Shown in pieces: positions 21,079 to 31,239 of a stretch of 63,326 nucleotides of DNA. The notes under the pieces were generated by a model that worked only from the letters and a program-made list of their open reading frames with translations, searched no databases and had not been told where the DNA came from. The stretch lies in contig CANPZY010000005.1 of NCBI GenBank assembly GCA_947588945.1, positions 1 to 63,326 on the forward strand, in the 5' to 3' direction. Each line of letters opens with the position of its first letter. The first letter of the stretch is position 1. The stretch comes from an uncultured Clostridia bacterium. Its GTDB lineage: Bacteria; Bacillota; Clostridia; TANB77; CAG-508. Made by a program: the position numbers and the translations under genes.

Positions 21079-22506
21079 ATGGATGAAAGGCTTTTAAGTC
21101 TTGTACCAAAGCGCTTCCGATGTCCCTATTGTGGAGAATGGCACGAGTGGAAACTTGGGTATAGGTTAGAATTTTATGATTCGTTTGACTATCAAGCTAA
21201 ATTAGAATGTTCTAACGCACCATATGGTTGTAACGAAGGCGATTATAGAATTTATTTCCGTAATGGCTACTGTTACTATTCCACTGTGAAAATGTGCAAA
21301 AGGGCAAATCAATCAATTAGTGGAAAGATTCCAATTTCTTCTATAATTGAAAGTACAAATGCTCCAACTGTCACTTTTGAAGTACCGTTTACTGCGGATT
21401 GTGATGTGGGAAGCTACGAATGCTCAAGTTGCATGTACAGAAGAAAATGTCTTTGTGTCAAGTTGGGTGACGAAGGTGATAAACGCAACATGAAAATCAC
21501 ATTCGGATTTGAATTTGATCAATCACAATACAATCAATTTTCAAAAACTGCAACCTTAGCACAAAAGGAAAAAGAACTGCAAGAGCGCGAACGGGCTATT
21601 GATAGCAAGGAACAGGCCTTAAAAGAGCGCGAACAGACTATTGACAGCAAAGAACTTGCTTTAAAAGAGCGAGAAGATGCTGTTGCTAGTAAAAAACAAG
21701 TTTCTAGGCAGTCACAGGTAAAAGAAAATAAGGAGGATACAGCTATGGCAAAAAACATTTTTAACGTAAACATGGAGTTTGGTCCCAACAAGGACGAGAA
21801 CATTACAAGTACCCTTATGGGCGTTGCTGTCAAGAACGGCGACAACTGGCGGATTTATGACAAGAAGAAGAAGGAAATCACTGATGTCGGCGACATTCAG
21901 CTCGGCAATCTGCCTATCTTCATTCTGCCCACTACCCAGCTCAGCGAGGGCGATCTTATCAAGGACAACGGAGAGTACTATTTTGTAACTAAGGTTGCGA
22001 CGACCAAGACACCGACTCAGACCTTGTCTGCGAGAACTGGCGAGATGAAGAACGTCGTTCCCATCAAGAACATTCTGGGCTTCAGTTGCTACTCGAAGGT
22101 TATTGCCCTCAGCGATTCACTCAACCTGGGAGATGACTTGGATGTAGAAAAGCTGGCCATTATGTCGGCAATGTGCGGTCAGACTGGCGAGGACGGAGGC
22201 CAGATGAATCAGCTCCTGCCTTTGTTCCTTTTCAAGGATGGGATTGGAGGAGATGATGACATGACGAAGCTGTTGCTTATGTCTTCCATGATGACCTCTG
22301 AAGAAGACGGAGGCCAGATGAATCAGCTCCTTCCTCTGTTGCTTTTCAAGGATAAGCTTGGAGGCGATGATGACACGATGAAGCTGTTGCTCATGTCGTC
22401 CATGATGGGCGGCAATATGGCAGGTTCTAACAACCCTGTTATGGGTTATCTGATGATTGATACACTTCTGGGAAAGAAAGAACATTCTCAGAAGGCCGAT
22501 GAATAA
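21079..22506 (+). CDS. chimeric hypothetical protein: Cys-rich N-domain, coiled-coil repeats, then a high-GC C-terminal module with an internal duplication
   Basis: RBS aggaggt. CPYCGEW ... CSSCMYRRKC. DSKEQALKEREQTIDSKELALKERE repeats. An internal aaggagg RBS precedes the in-frame ATG at 21745. C-terminal duplicated units EDGGQMNQLLPL[FL]LFKD.[IL]GGDDD.(T)KLLLMSSMM. Confidence 0.6.
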   Translation: MDERLLSLVPKRFRCPYCGEWHEWKLGYRLEFYDSFDYQAKLECSNAPYGCNEGDYRIYFRNGYCYYSTVKMCKRANQSISGKIPISSIIESTNAPTVTFEVPFTADCDVGSYECSSCMYRRKCLCVKLGDEGDKRNMKITFGFEFDQSQYNQFSKTATLAQKEKELQERERAIDSKEQALKEREQTIDSKELALKEREDAVASKKQVSRQSQVKENKEDTAMAKNIFNVNMEFGPNKDENITSTLMGVAVKNGDNWRIYDKKKKEITDVGDIQLGNLPIFILPTTQLSEGDLIKDNGEYYFVTKVATTKTPTQTLSARTGEMKNVVPIKNILGFSCYSKVIALSDSLNLGDDLDVEKLAIMSAMCGQTGEDGGQMNQLLPLFLFKDGIGGDDDMTKLLLMSSMMTSEEDGGQMNQLLPLLLFKDKLGGDDDTMKLLLMSSMMGGNMAGSNNPVMGYLMIDTLLGKKEHSQKADE

Positions 22507-22560
22507 ACTGCCAAATAAGTCGGAATTAAGCTGACTTAATAGTTTATATCTCTATTTGAT

Positions 22561-22590
22561 TCCCCCAAGACGTTGTCTTGGGGGAATTTC
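22561..22590 (+). terminator. Rho-independent terminator
   Basis: tcccccaagac gttg gtcttggggga, a GC-rich 11-bp stem. Confidence 0.65.
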
Positions 22591-22722
22591 TAACTATACT
22601 TTATTTTTATGATAAAAACTAATAAATTAATAGACAAATAGATTTTATTGTTGTATACTAAATAGTGTATGAAGTTAGTAAATAGCGTAGTAATGAGAAA
22701 AAATATTTAAGGTGGAAAAGAA

Positions 22723-24528
22723 ATGGATTTTAAAGAGATAATTTCAGAAATGATATTTAAAGTATTAGATAGTACTGAAATTAGTAAAGATGAAATAAAA
22801 AATTATATAGAGATTCCAAAAGAAGAAGAAAAAGGAGATTATGCATTTCCTTGTTTTAGACTTGCAAAAATTTTAAAACAAGCACCTAATATGATAGCTG
22901 ATAATCTAAGAGAGAGAATTGTAGACGTAAATAATGTAAATGCTACAAATAATGAAGTTGATGATAAACAAAGTATTATAGAAAAAATAGAATCAGTTAG
23001 TGGATACTTAAATTTCTTTATTAGTAAAGCTAAAATTGTAGAAAATGCAATAGAAAAATTTAATAAACAAAAAGAGGATTATGGCAAGTTAAATATAGGA
23101 GAGGGAAAAACAATATTAGTTGAATATTCCTCACCTAATATTGCAAAGCCTTTTCATATAGGGCATTTAAAAACAACCATTATAGGTAATTCATTAAAGA
23201 ATATTTATAAAAATTGTGGATATAAAACAATTAGTTTAAATCATTTAGGAGACTATGGAACTCAATTTGCCAAGTTAATTGAAGGCTATAAAAGATGGGG
23301 AAAGGAATATGATTTAAATGAAAATCCAATAGACAAACTTTCAGAAATATATAAAAGAATAAATGAACTTTGTGAAGAAAATGAAAAAGTTTTAGAAGAA
23401 TGTAGAGCAACTTTCAAAAAGTTGGAAGAAGGAGATGAGTATTGCGTAAAGCTTTGGAATGAATTTAAAGATTTAAGTATGAGAGAATTTGAAAGAATTT
23501 ATGATTTACTTAATGTTAAATTTGATTCATACAATGGAGAGTCTTTTTATTCTGACAAAATGCAAGAAGTAATAGACATATTAAATAAAAATGGAAAATT
23601 GACTGATTCACAAGGTGCAAAGGTTGTTGATTTAGAAGATGTAGGAATAAAAGCCCCTTGTATTATTCAAAAAGCAAATGGGTCTTCAATTTACGCAACA
23701 AGGGATTTAGCAGCTATTCTTTATAGAGCGAGAACTTATGATTTTGATAAGTGTATATATGTTGTTGGAGAAGAACAGAATTTACATTTTAAACAAATAT
23801 TTGAAGTTGCAAAATATCTTGATTTAGATGAAAAATATACAAATGGTTTAGTACATGTAAGCTATGGAATGATTATGCTTCCAGAAGGAAAAATGTCTAC
23901 TCGTAAGGGAAATTTTGTAAAAGTTGAAGATTTATTAGATGAAGCAATATCAAAGTCAAAAGAAATAATGCAAGAAAAAAATATTGAAGATAAAGAGAAA
24001 GTAGCTAAACAAGTTGGAATTGGTGCAGTCATATTTGAAGATTTAAAAGAATCTAGAATAAAAAATCAAGTTTTTGATTTAGCAGAAGCACTTAATTTTA
24101 ATGGAGAAACAGGTCCATATATTCAATACATGACAGTTAGAACAAAAAGCGTTCTAGAAAAGGCTAAATTTAATCCAAATAACATAAAAAATAATTTAGA
24201 TAATTCTAATGCTAATGATGATATTAACATAGATAATGATAATATAAATGTAAATATTCTTAAAGATGATGCTAGCATTAGATTAATAAAATTAATTGAA
24301 AATTTTGATAAAATTATTATAAGTAGTATGGAAAAAAATGAACCATCTATTTTAGCAAGATATAGTATTGATGTTGCAAGTGCATACAGTTCATTTTATA
24401 ATGAAAATAAGATAATAAGTAATGATATAGAAAGCCAAAATGCAAGATGTTATTTGACTTATATGACAAAAGTTACATTAACAAATGCATTAAAACTTTT
24501 AGGAATTGAAGTACCAGATAAAATGTAA
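22723..24528 (+). CDS. argS: arginine--tRNA ligase
   Basis: Class I motifs SSPNIAKPFHIGHL (HIGH) and KMSTRKG (KMSKS-like). DALR-type anticodon-binding C-terminus. Contains an Asn/Asp-rich insertion. Confidence 0.9.
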   Translation: MDFKEIISEMIFKVLDSTEISKDEIKNYIEIPKEEEKGDYAFPCFRLAKILKQAPNMIADNLRERIVDVNNVNATNNEVDDKQSIIEKIESVSGYLNFFISKAKIVENAIEKFNKQKEDYGKLNIGEGKTILVEYSSPNIAKPFHIGHLKTTIIGNSLKNIYKNCGYKTISLNHLGDYGTQFAKLIEGYKRWGKEYDLNENPIDKLSEIYKRINELCEENEKVLEECRATFKKLEEGDEYCVKLWNEFKDLSMREFERIYDLLNVKFDSYNGESFYSDKMQEVIDILNKNGKLTDSQGAKVVDLEDVGIKAPCIIQKANGSSIYATRDLAAILYRARTYDFDKCIYVVGEEQNLHFKQIFEVAKYLDLDEKYTNGLVHVSYGMIMLPEGKMSTRKGNFVKVEDLLDEAISKSKEIMQEKNIEDKEKVAKQVGIGAVIFEDLKESRIKNQVFDLAEALNFNGETGPYIQYMTVRTKSVLEKAKFNPNNIKNNLDNSNANDDINIDNDNINVNILKDDASIRLIKLIENFDKIIISSMEKNEPSILARYSIDVASAYSSFYNENKIISNDIESQNARCYLTYMTKVTLTNALKLLGIEVPDKM

Positions 24529-24536
24529 TTAAAAAT

Positions 24537-24576
24537 AAAAAGCTCAAGATGATTTTTTCTACATCTTGAGCTTTTT
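24537..24576. terminator. bidirectional Rho-independent terminator between convergent genes
   Basis: aaaagctcaagatg / catcttgagctttt 14-bp stem flanked by A-runs and T-runs. Confidence 0.75.
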
Positions 24577-24578
24577 AT

Positions 24579-24797
24579 TTAAGAATGAGTTTTTTGAAAT
24601 CCCAAACCATCACCAGGACAGATTATAGTTTCAACTCTTACTTTACTTCTTTTTACAAGATTAACCTTTAAGGAATCTAAAAAATCATCCCTTTGGGTAT
24701 TATCTGTTGTAACCTTAGGTGCTTCTAGATATTTTGTATCATTTTTTTTATGAAATAAATTTTTTATAGCAGAGAAGAACTTGCTAAAAATATTCAT
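24579..24797 (-). CDS. small hypothetical protein, 72 aa
   Basis: ORF 30 nt downstream of the 701-aa gene on the same strand. No family recognised. Confidence 0.4.
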   Translation of the reverse strand: MNIFSKFFSAIKNLFHKKNDTKYLEAPKVTTDNTQRDDFLDSLKVNLVKRSKVRVETIICPGDGLGFQKTHS

Positions 24798-24826
24798 AAC
24801 AATTTTTCCTTTCTATCTTAAAATTT

Positions 24827-26932
24827 TTATAAATCATCTAAATCAGGTTCATCAGAAGATCTATTATTCATATCCTTTGAAATAGTGCCAGAACTTTGAG
24901 ATAAACTGTTAGCTTCCATTTCAATGTTTTGTTCCCAAGGTCTTTTACCATTAGATTTTTGCAAATCTGAGTCATAACATTCAAATTTATTTTCAAATTC
25001 TTCTTGAGTTACTCTAACAAATTCAGATTTATCTTGATCAGCATAGAAAAATCTTTTTCCTTTTTCGCCTAAGTCCATGTAAGAATATATAACAGGATTT
25101 TTAGATTTGTCAGATTTATCATATACAATATCAAAAATACATTTATTCATATTTAATTTTTCAGGGTCAATAAGTTGAGACAATATTGACATTGTAGAGT
25201 TTTGACAGGTTGCAAACTCTGGACAGTATTCCTTAAGTAGTTCAAAATTTTTAAGAATAATATTATCTACATCATTTGGATATTCTTCATAAATTGAATC
25301 AGATTTATTAAAAAAATCTCCTATTGGGAAAAATCCATCTTTATTAGCTAAATCGACACTTACAAATATATTTCTTAGACTTTGCTCATCTAAAGAGATA
25401 GTTTGATCTTGAAGTAATTCATCATATTTATGACATTCTTGATCTAATCCATTTGCGTCAATATCAAATTTTCTAATATCTTCATAACTTAAACAAAAAC
25501 AGTTAGGAAAACCATTAAATCTATGATTAGTTAAATTCCAAGTTGGATCAATTAAAGTATTTCCTCTAATTTTTTCATTATTTTCAGTTGGTAATTCAAT
25601 ATTTATTAATTCCAAAAAAGCATGATTTTTAGTAATAATGGGTTTACTATTAATTCCAACTTGTTGAAGCATATATTGTTCAAGAGTCGCTATTCCATTA
25701 CATATACCATGTTCATTAGAAATTATTTTCCATAAAGCTCTTGGAGTATTAGAATCTCCATTAAACACTTCTGTATGAAAGTTAGGTGTATAACTAATTT
25801 TTTTACCAATAGCATTATCTATTAAAGCAAGTTTTTGTGCATCTGTATATTCTGGGTTAATAGAACTAATTACAGATGCAATCCATTTTTCGCCTTCTAT
25901 ATATTCTTTTCCATAAGAATAAGAAGGAAATCCTCCAACTCTATTCATGACAGAAAGATTAGGACAAATTTCACATATTTTTAATAATTTAGCTTTTTGC
26001 TCATTAGTGAAATTTTCAGGTTCGATTACTATTAAATCATCTAAACCTTTATAATTGGAAATGTCAGAATCTATATTTTTAATTGCTCCATTAAAAGAAG
26101 TTTCAACATATAAAGGACCTTTATATTCATCAGAAAGAGCATTCATTTCTATTAATTTTTCTTTAGATTCTGCACTAAATGTAGCAATGATTTTTAGCTT
26201 TTCTTCTGTTGGCAAATTAAGCATAGGTAAGAGTTTAGCAAGATCTAATTGACTATTAACACTTAATTCTTTTGTAATAGAAAAGGCAGATAAATCATTT
26301 TGAACTAAAAAATCTTGATGATTGACTAAGAAAGTACTTAGTTTCTCAGCACTAATATTTGAAAGAATTTCAATCTTATGGTTAACATTAATAGAAGAAT
26401 TTTCTAAAACATATTCAATTTTTTTATCATCAGATAAAGATAGTTCAATATTTTTTGCATAAAAAGAAGATAATTCATTAGATAAAAAGCTATTATCCTT
26501 TAAAATTTCAATTTTAGAATCATCATCTAAAGTTAAAATTAGATTACATAAATTATTTCCTACAAGATGTTCTTTAACAAATTGCTCATTATGAATTAAC
26601 ATCTTCTTTGTATTATTGTCCATACTGCTACATAAATTAACAATGTCAGAAGAATAAAAATCATTAGAAAAATCTTTATCTAACAAAACTTTAGCTTTTA
26701 TATTGTTATCACTAATTGTATTTAATATAGACATTTTTAAATTGCCACGAAGTCCTTTTATTTTAGGATGCATTAATACGGTGGCTTTTTCAGCATCAGT
26801 AAAAAAATCCGAAAGTATTTGACATAAATCATTTACAGTTAATCTATATTCTTCAAATAATTTGGGATTTGAAAAAACAGCTAATTTATTATCAGAATTT
26901 TGCAAACAAATTCTTAAATCATTTGCATCCAT
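24827..26932 (-). CDS. large protein with a C-terminal-half transglutaminase-like cysteine peptidase core
   Basis: HGICNGIATLEQYMLQQVG ... KNHAFLELI ... LIDPTWN gives the Cys/His/Asp triad spacing of the transglutaminase-like fold. Confidence 0.6.
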   Translation of the reverse strand: MDANDLRICLQNSDNKLAVFSNPKLFEEYRLTVNDLCQILSDFFTDAEKATVLMHPKIKGLRGNLKMSILNTISDNNIKAKVLLDKDFSNDFYSSDIVNLCSSMDNNTKKMLIHNEQFVKEHLVGNNLCNLILTLDDDSKIEILKDNSFLSNELSSFYAKNIELSLSDDKKIEYVLENSSINVNHKIEILSNISAEKLSTFLVNHQDFLVQNDLSAFSITKELSVNSQLDLAKLLPMLNLPTEEKLKIIATFSAESKEKLIEMNALSDEYKGPLYVETSFNGAIKNIDSDISNYKGLDDLIVIEPENFTNEQKAKLLKICEICPNLSVMNRVGGFPSYSYGKEYIEGEKWIASVISSINPEYTDAQKLALIDNAIGKKISYTPNFHTEVFNGDSNTPRALWKIISNEHGICNGIATLEQYMLQQVGINSKPIITKNHAFLELINIELPTENNEKIRGNTLIDPTWNLTNHRFNGFPNCFCLSYEDIRKFDIDANGLDQECHKYDELLQDQTISLDEQSLRNIFVSVDLANKDGFFPIGDFFNKSDSIYEEYPNDVDNIILKNFELLKEYCPEFATCQNSTMSILSQLIDPEKLNMNKCIFDIVYDKSDKSKNPVIYSYMDLGEKGKRFFYADQDKSEFVRVTQEEFENKFECYDSDLQKSNGKRPWEQNIEMEANSLSQSSGTISKDMNNRSSDEPDLDDL

Positions 26933-27185
26933 TATTATTATAAAACCTCTTGAAAATATTTTTTTATTTTACTTAAATTTTATCATTACAAAAATTCTTA
27001 AACAATAACATATTACTTACATTACTATTACATTTTTGTAAATAATTAAAAAGTAAAAAGCATAAATATGATTTAATTAATTTTATTTACAAGCAAACGA
27101 AATTTGTGTATAATATGATAAGTATATAAAATAAGGTTATAAATAAAAAAATGTATAGATAAACAGTAGAAAGGAAAAAGTTTAA

Positions 27186-27650
27186 ATGGTAAAAGTAATG
27201 TTCATATCAAGCAAAGGTGGACATTTAAGCGAGCTAAAGCAACTTGATTTTGAAAAATATGATTATAGTGTGGTAACAGAAAAATCAGAATCTGATAAAG
27301 ATTTAAAAGAAAAGTATGGAGATAAAGCTCATTTTTTACTTTATGGAACAAGAAGAACACCAATCAGATATTTTTTTATATTATTATTTAACTTTTTTAT
27401 AAGCTTAATTTTATTTTTAAAAATAAGACCCAAGGTAGTTGTAACAACAGGAACTCATACAGCGGTTCCAATGTGTTATATAGCAAAATTATTTAGAGCA
27501 AAAGTTATATGGATAGAAACATTTGCAAATAGAAATACTAAAACACTTGCTGGAAGATTAGTCTATCCAATAGCAGATACCTTTGTTGTTCAATGGGAAG
27601 AAATGAAAAAGATTTACCCAAAAGCAAAGTACTGGGGGTGGATTTATTGA
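27186..27650 (+). CDS. Alg14-like (PssD/Cps14G-type) glycosyltransferase membrane-anchor subunit
   Basis: FISSKGGHLSEL ... VVTTGTHTAVPMCYIAKLF ... IWIETFANRNTKTLAGRL. Confidence 0.75.
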   Translation: MVKVMFISSKGGHLSELKQLDFEKYDYSVVTEKSESDKDLKEKYGDKAHFLLYGTRRTPIRYFFILLFNFFISLILFLKIRPKVVVTTGTHTAVPMCYIAKLFRAKVIWIETFANRNTKTLAGRLVYPIADTFVVQWEEMKKIYPKAKYWGWIY

Positions 27651-28117
27651 TTTTTGTAACATTAGGAACTCAGGATAAACATTTTAGAAGGCTTTTAGAA
27701 GCTGTTGAAAAATTAGATATAAATGAAAAAATTGTTGCTCAAGTAGGTTCAACAGAATTTGAATCTAAAAAAATGGAAATTCATAAGTTTATGACGCAAG
27801 ATGAATTCAACAAATATATGAAAGAAGCAAGAGTAATAATAACTCATGCAGGAGTCGGAACTATTATTGCAGGATTAAAAATGCATAAAAAAATGATAGT
27901 TTCAGCAAGAAAAAAAGAATATAAAGAACATGTAAATGACCACCAAGAACAGATTTTAAGAACATTTGCTGATGAAGGATATATAATTCCTTTAGAAAAC
28001 TTTGATGATTTAGAAAAATTAATAGAAAAAGATTTTACACCAAAAGAGTATAAAAGCAATAAAGAAGAATTTAATAAAAAACTAAATAAAGAAATAAGTA
28101 ATATAATAAAAAAATAA
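27647..28117 (+). CDS. Alg13-like (PssE/Cps14F-type, GT28 C-terminal domain) glycosyltransferase catalytic subunit
   Basis: (M)IFVTLGTQDKHFRRLL ... ITHAGVGTIIAG ... NDHQ. The TTG start overlaps the upstream TGA (TTGA). The track ORF start at 27593 is an upstream extension. Confidence 0.7.
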   Translation: MIFVTLGTQDKHFRRLLEAVEKLDINEKIVAQVGSTEFESKKMEIHKFMTQDEFNKYMKEARVIITHAGVGTIIAGLKMHKKMIVSARKKEYKEHVNDHQEQILRTFADEGYIIPLENFDDLEKLIEKDFTPKEYKSNKEEFNKKLNKEISNIIKK

Positions 28118-28180
28118 TAAAAGATGGTAAACTAACTGTAGCAAATGATTAAAATTTAATAATTAATTGATAGGAGAAAT

Positions 28181-29602
28181 ATGAATCAAAAGAAACAATT
28201 AGTTAAAAATACAATGATAATAGCAATAGGAAAACTTAGCACACAAATAATTTCATATATATTACTTCCACTTTATACATCAAAATTAAGTCCAGCAGAA
28301 TATGGAAGTTATGATTTTGTATGTACAGTGTCTTTATTTCTATGTCCACTAATAACTTTATTAATGGAAGAATCTATGTTTAGATTTTTAATAGATGCTA
28401 CAAATAAAGGTGAAGAAAAAAGAATTATCAGTCAAACTATAATTTATACTGTTTTAGGAGTAGTAGCGTTTGTACCACTGGCAATAATCGCTTTAAATTT
28501 GTTTTCAGATTATAGTGGAATGTTTATTTTTGCATTCATTATGTTTGTAATTTCTAATATTTTCATTGGATTAAGTAATGCACTCGCAAGAGGATTAAGC
28601 AAAATAAAATTGTATTCTTTATCTAATTTTATTTTAGGAATAGGAACAATTATATTAAACATCATATTTATAGTATTTTTAAAATCAGGAGCTGAAGGAT
28701 TACTTTGGTCTAACACAATAGCAAATATTGCAACAGCAGTTACAATTTTTGCTATGTTAAAGCTTTGGAAATATATTGGAAAATTCAATAAAAAGCTTAT
28801 GAAAGAAATGGTTCACTATTCGGTACCATTAGTTCCAAATAGCATTTCTTGGAATATCATAAATATGTCAGATAGAATTATTTTAATACAAATGATAAAT
28901 TCTGCAGCTAATGGAATATATGCAATGGCAAGCAAATTTCCTAATATTATAAATGTTGTTTATGGATATTTTTATACTGCGTGGAAAGAATCAGCAGCAA
29001 GAATAACTAAGGAAGATAATAAAGAAGCTTATTACAATAGTATATATCACGACACAAAAAGAATACTTTTTTCGGTTACGATATGTTTAATTGCTATAAT
29101 GCCTTTTGCATTTCCAATATTAATTAATAAAACATATAATGAAGCTTATGTATATATACCAATTATTATGATTTCTACATATTATTCGAATCTATCAAGT
29201 TATTATGGAGGTATATTTGCAGCATTTAAAGATACAAAGATAATGGGAACAACAACTCTAGTTGCAGCATCTATTAATTTAGTCATTGATTTAATTTTAG
29301 TAAAATTTATAGGAATATATGCAGCATGTTTTTCAACGTTGATAGCTGATTTGATTGTTTATTATTATAGAAAAAATAAATTAAAAAAGTATATAAATTT
29401 AAAGGAATTAAAAGTTCTTGGACCTACAATAATAATGATATTCGTATGCTATGCATATTATACAAAATATTTTTTACCAATGCCAATACATTGGATAATA
29501 AGTATAATATCATTAATAGTTGCGGTTGCATATAGCGTTGCAAATAATTATAAAATAATAAAACCTATAGTAAATAGAATAAAAAGTAAATTTTCAAAAT
29601 AA
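28181..29602 (+). CDS. MOP-superfamily oligosaccharide flippase (Wzx-like)
   Basis: About 12-14 TM helices. N-terminal KNTMIIAIGKLSTQIISYILLPLYT is typical of polysaccharide flippases. Confidence 0.7.
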   Translation: MNQKKQLVKNTMIIAIGKLSTQIISYILLPLYTSKLSPAEYGSYDFVCTVSLFLCPLITLLMEESMFRFLIDATNKGEEKRIISQTIIYTVLGVVAFVPLAIIALNLFSDYSGMFIFAFIMFVISNIFIGLSNALARGLSKIKLYSLSNFILGIGTIILNIIFIVFLKSGAEGLLWSNTIANIATAVTIFAMLKLWKYIGKFNKKLMKEMVHYSVPLVPNSISWNIINMSDRIILIQMINSAANGIYAMASKFPNIINVVYGYFYTAWKESAARITKEDNKEAYYNSIYHDTKRILFSVTICLIAIMPFAFPILINKTYNEAYVYIPIIMISTYYSNLSSYYGGIFAAFKDTKIMGTTTLVAASINLVIDLILVKFIGIYAACFSTLIADLIVYYYRKNKLKKYINLKELKVLGPTIIMIFVCYAYYTKYFLPMPIHWIISIISLIVAVAYSVANNYKIIKPIVNRIKSKFSK

Positions 29603-29698
29603 AATGTAATAAAAATATAACAGTATGAAAAATTGATATTATGCAAATAACTAATAGAACTAAAAATTTTTTATTGAGAAAGGAATAATAAATAATAT

Positions 29699-31063
29699 AT
29701 GAAATATTTTGGAACAGATGGGATTAGGAGAATTGCGAATACAGAATTAACTCCAGAACTTGTATACAGAGTTGCTAAAGCTGGAGCTTATGTTTTAGCA
29801 AAACATTCAGAAGGCAAGGCTCCAACAATATTAATAGGAAGAGATACAAGAATTTCAGGAACACTTATTGAAAGTGCCATGACAGCAGGATTTTTAAGTT
29901 ATGGTGCAAATGTAAAGTTACTTGGTGTTATACCAACCCCAGGAGTTGCATATTTAACTAAGAAGTTAAAAGCAGATGCAAGTGTGGTAATATCTGCATC
30001 ACATAACACTTATGATTTTAATGGAATAAAGTATTTTAGTAATAAGGGAACAAAGATTCCTGATAGTATTGAAGAAGAAATAGAAGAGGTTTTAGATTCT
30101 GGAAAGGTAGAAGAGCTAAAAGCTCCAAGTCATGCAATTGGAGTATCGGAAAATAGAGAAGATTTACTTGATGAATATTTATATTTCTTTAGAAAAAATT
30201 TTGAAGATATTTACGAAAATCTTGATAAAGAAAATTTTGTAGTTGCAATAGATACAGCTAATGGCGCAACTTCTGTTATTGCAGATAAAGTTTATACAGC
30301 TCTTGGAATTAAACATTATATTATAAATAATACACCAAATGGAATAAACATAAATGCAGATTGTGGTTCAACACATTTAGATATGCTAAAAAAGTTTGTA
30401 GTAGCAAATAAATGCAATTTAGGAATTGCTTATGATGGAGATGGAGATAGATGTTTAGCAGTTGACGAAAATGGTAATGTGATTGACGGTGATATAATGC
30501 AAGCAATAATAGGAAAATATTTAAGTGAAAATAATAAACTAAAAAATAATACAATAGTTGCTACTGTTATGAGTAATTTAGGGCTTAGTAAATTTTGCAA
30601 AGAGAATAAATTTGAATTAAAGCAAACTAAAGTTGGAGATAGATATGTATTAGAAGAAATGATTAAAGGAGACTATAATTTAGGAGGAGAACAATCAGGG
30701 CACATAATTTTTCTTGATTATAATCCAACAGGAGATGGAATATTAACATCTTTAATGCTAATTATGGTAACTTTAATAAGAAAACAAAAAGTTTCGGAAC
30801 TAGCTAAAATAATAAAAATTTATCCTCAAGTATTAATAAATGCAAAAGTTTCAAGAGAAAATATAGATAAATATGAAAAAGATGCGGAAATTAATTCGGA
30901 GATAGAGAGATTAAAAGAAGAGTTTTCAGAAAATGGTAGAGTGCTTATTAGAGCATCTGGAACAGAGCCTTTAGTAAGAGTTATGATAGAAGGAGAAGAT
31001 CAGGAATATATAACAAAAGAGGCAAAAAAATTAGTAGATTTAATTGAAAAAAAGTTAGGATAA
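29699..31063 (+). CDS. glmM: phosphoglucosamine mutase
   Basis: KYFGTDGIRRIAN, phosphoserine loop VISASHNTYDFNGIKYF, DGDGDR metal loop, GEQSGH sugar loop. Confidence 0.9.
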   Translation: MKYFGTDGIRRIANTELTPELVYRVAKAGAYVLAKHSEGKAPTILIGRDTRISGTLIESAMTAGFLSYGANVKLLGVIPTPGVAYLTKKLKADASVVISASHNTYDFNGIKYFSNKGTKIPDSIEEEIEEVLDSGKVEELKAPSHAIGVSENREDLLDEYLYFFRKNFEDIYENLDKENFVVAIDTANGATSVIADKVYTALGIKHYIINNTPNGININADCGSTHLDMLKKFVVANKCNLGIAYDGDGDRCLAVDENGNVIDGDIMQAIIGKYLSENNKLKNNTIVATVMSNLGLSKFCKENKFELKQTKVGDRYVLEEMIKGDYNLGGEQSGHIIFLDYNPTGDGILTSLMLIMVTLIRKQKVSELAKIIKIYPQVLINAKVSRENIDKYEKDAEINSEIERLKEEFSENGRVLIRASGTEPLVRVMIEGEDQEYITKEAKKLVDLIEKKLG

Positions 31064-31239
31064 TTAATATTATATTTCAAACATGCATAAATATAATATT
31101 ATAGATAAAAATAAGAAGAAATTAATCAAAAAATGTTTTTTATGTAATAATAATGTAATATAAAATTAACACAAAAAATATTGAAAAATAAATATAAATA
31201 ATGTATTATATTTCTAGATTAACAAAGGAGGAAATAATT

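Noticed and set aside
21534-22485. Three additional ORFs (21534-21845 on the minus strand, 21779-21988 on the plus strand, 22117-22485 on the minus strand) overlapping the chimeric gene.
   Set aside because: They fall in the roughly 50% GC segment, where stop codons are rare in all frames. None has an RBS, and the main frame carries the repeat structure and coding periodicity.
27593-27646. Upstream extension of the Alg13-like ORF (track start 27593), overlapping the Alg14-like gene by 58 nt.
   Set aside because: Family members start at M-I-F-V-T-x-G-T. The TTG at 27647 forms a TTGA stop-start overlap with the upstream gene, which is typical of translational coupling.
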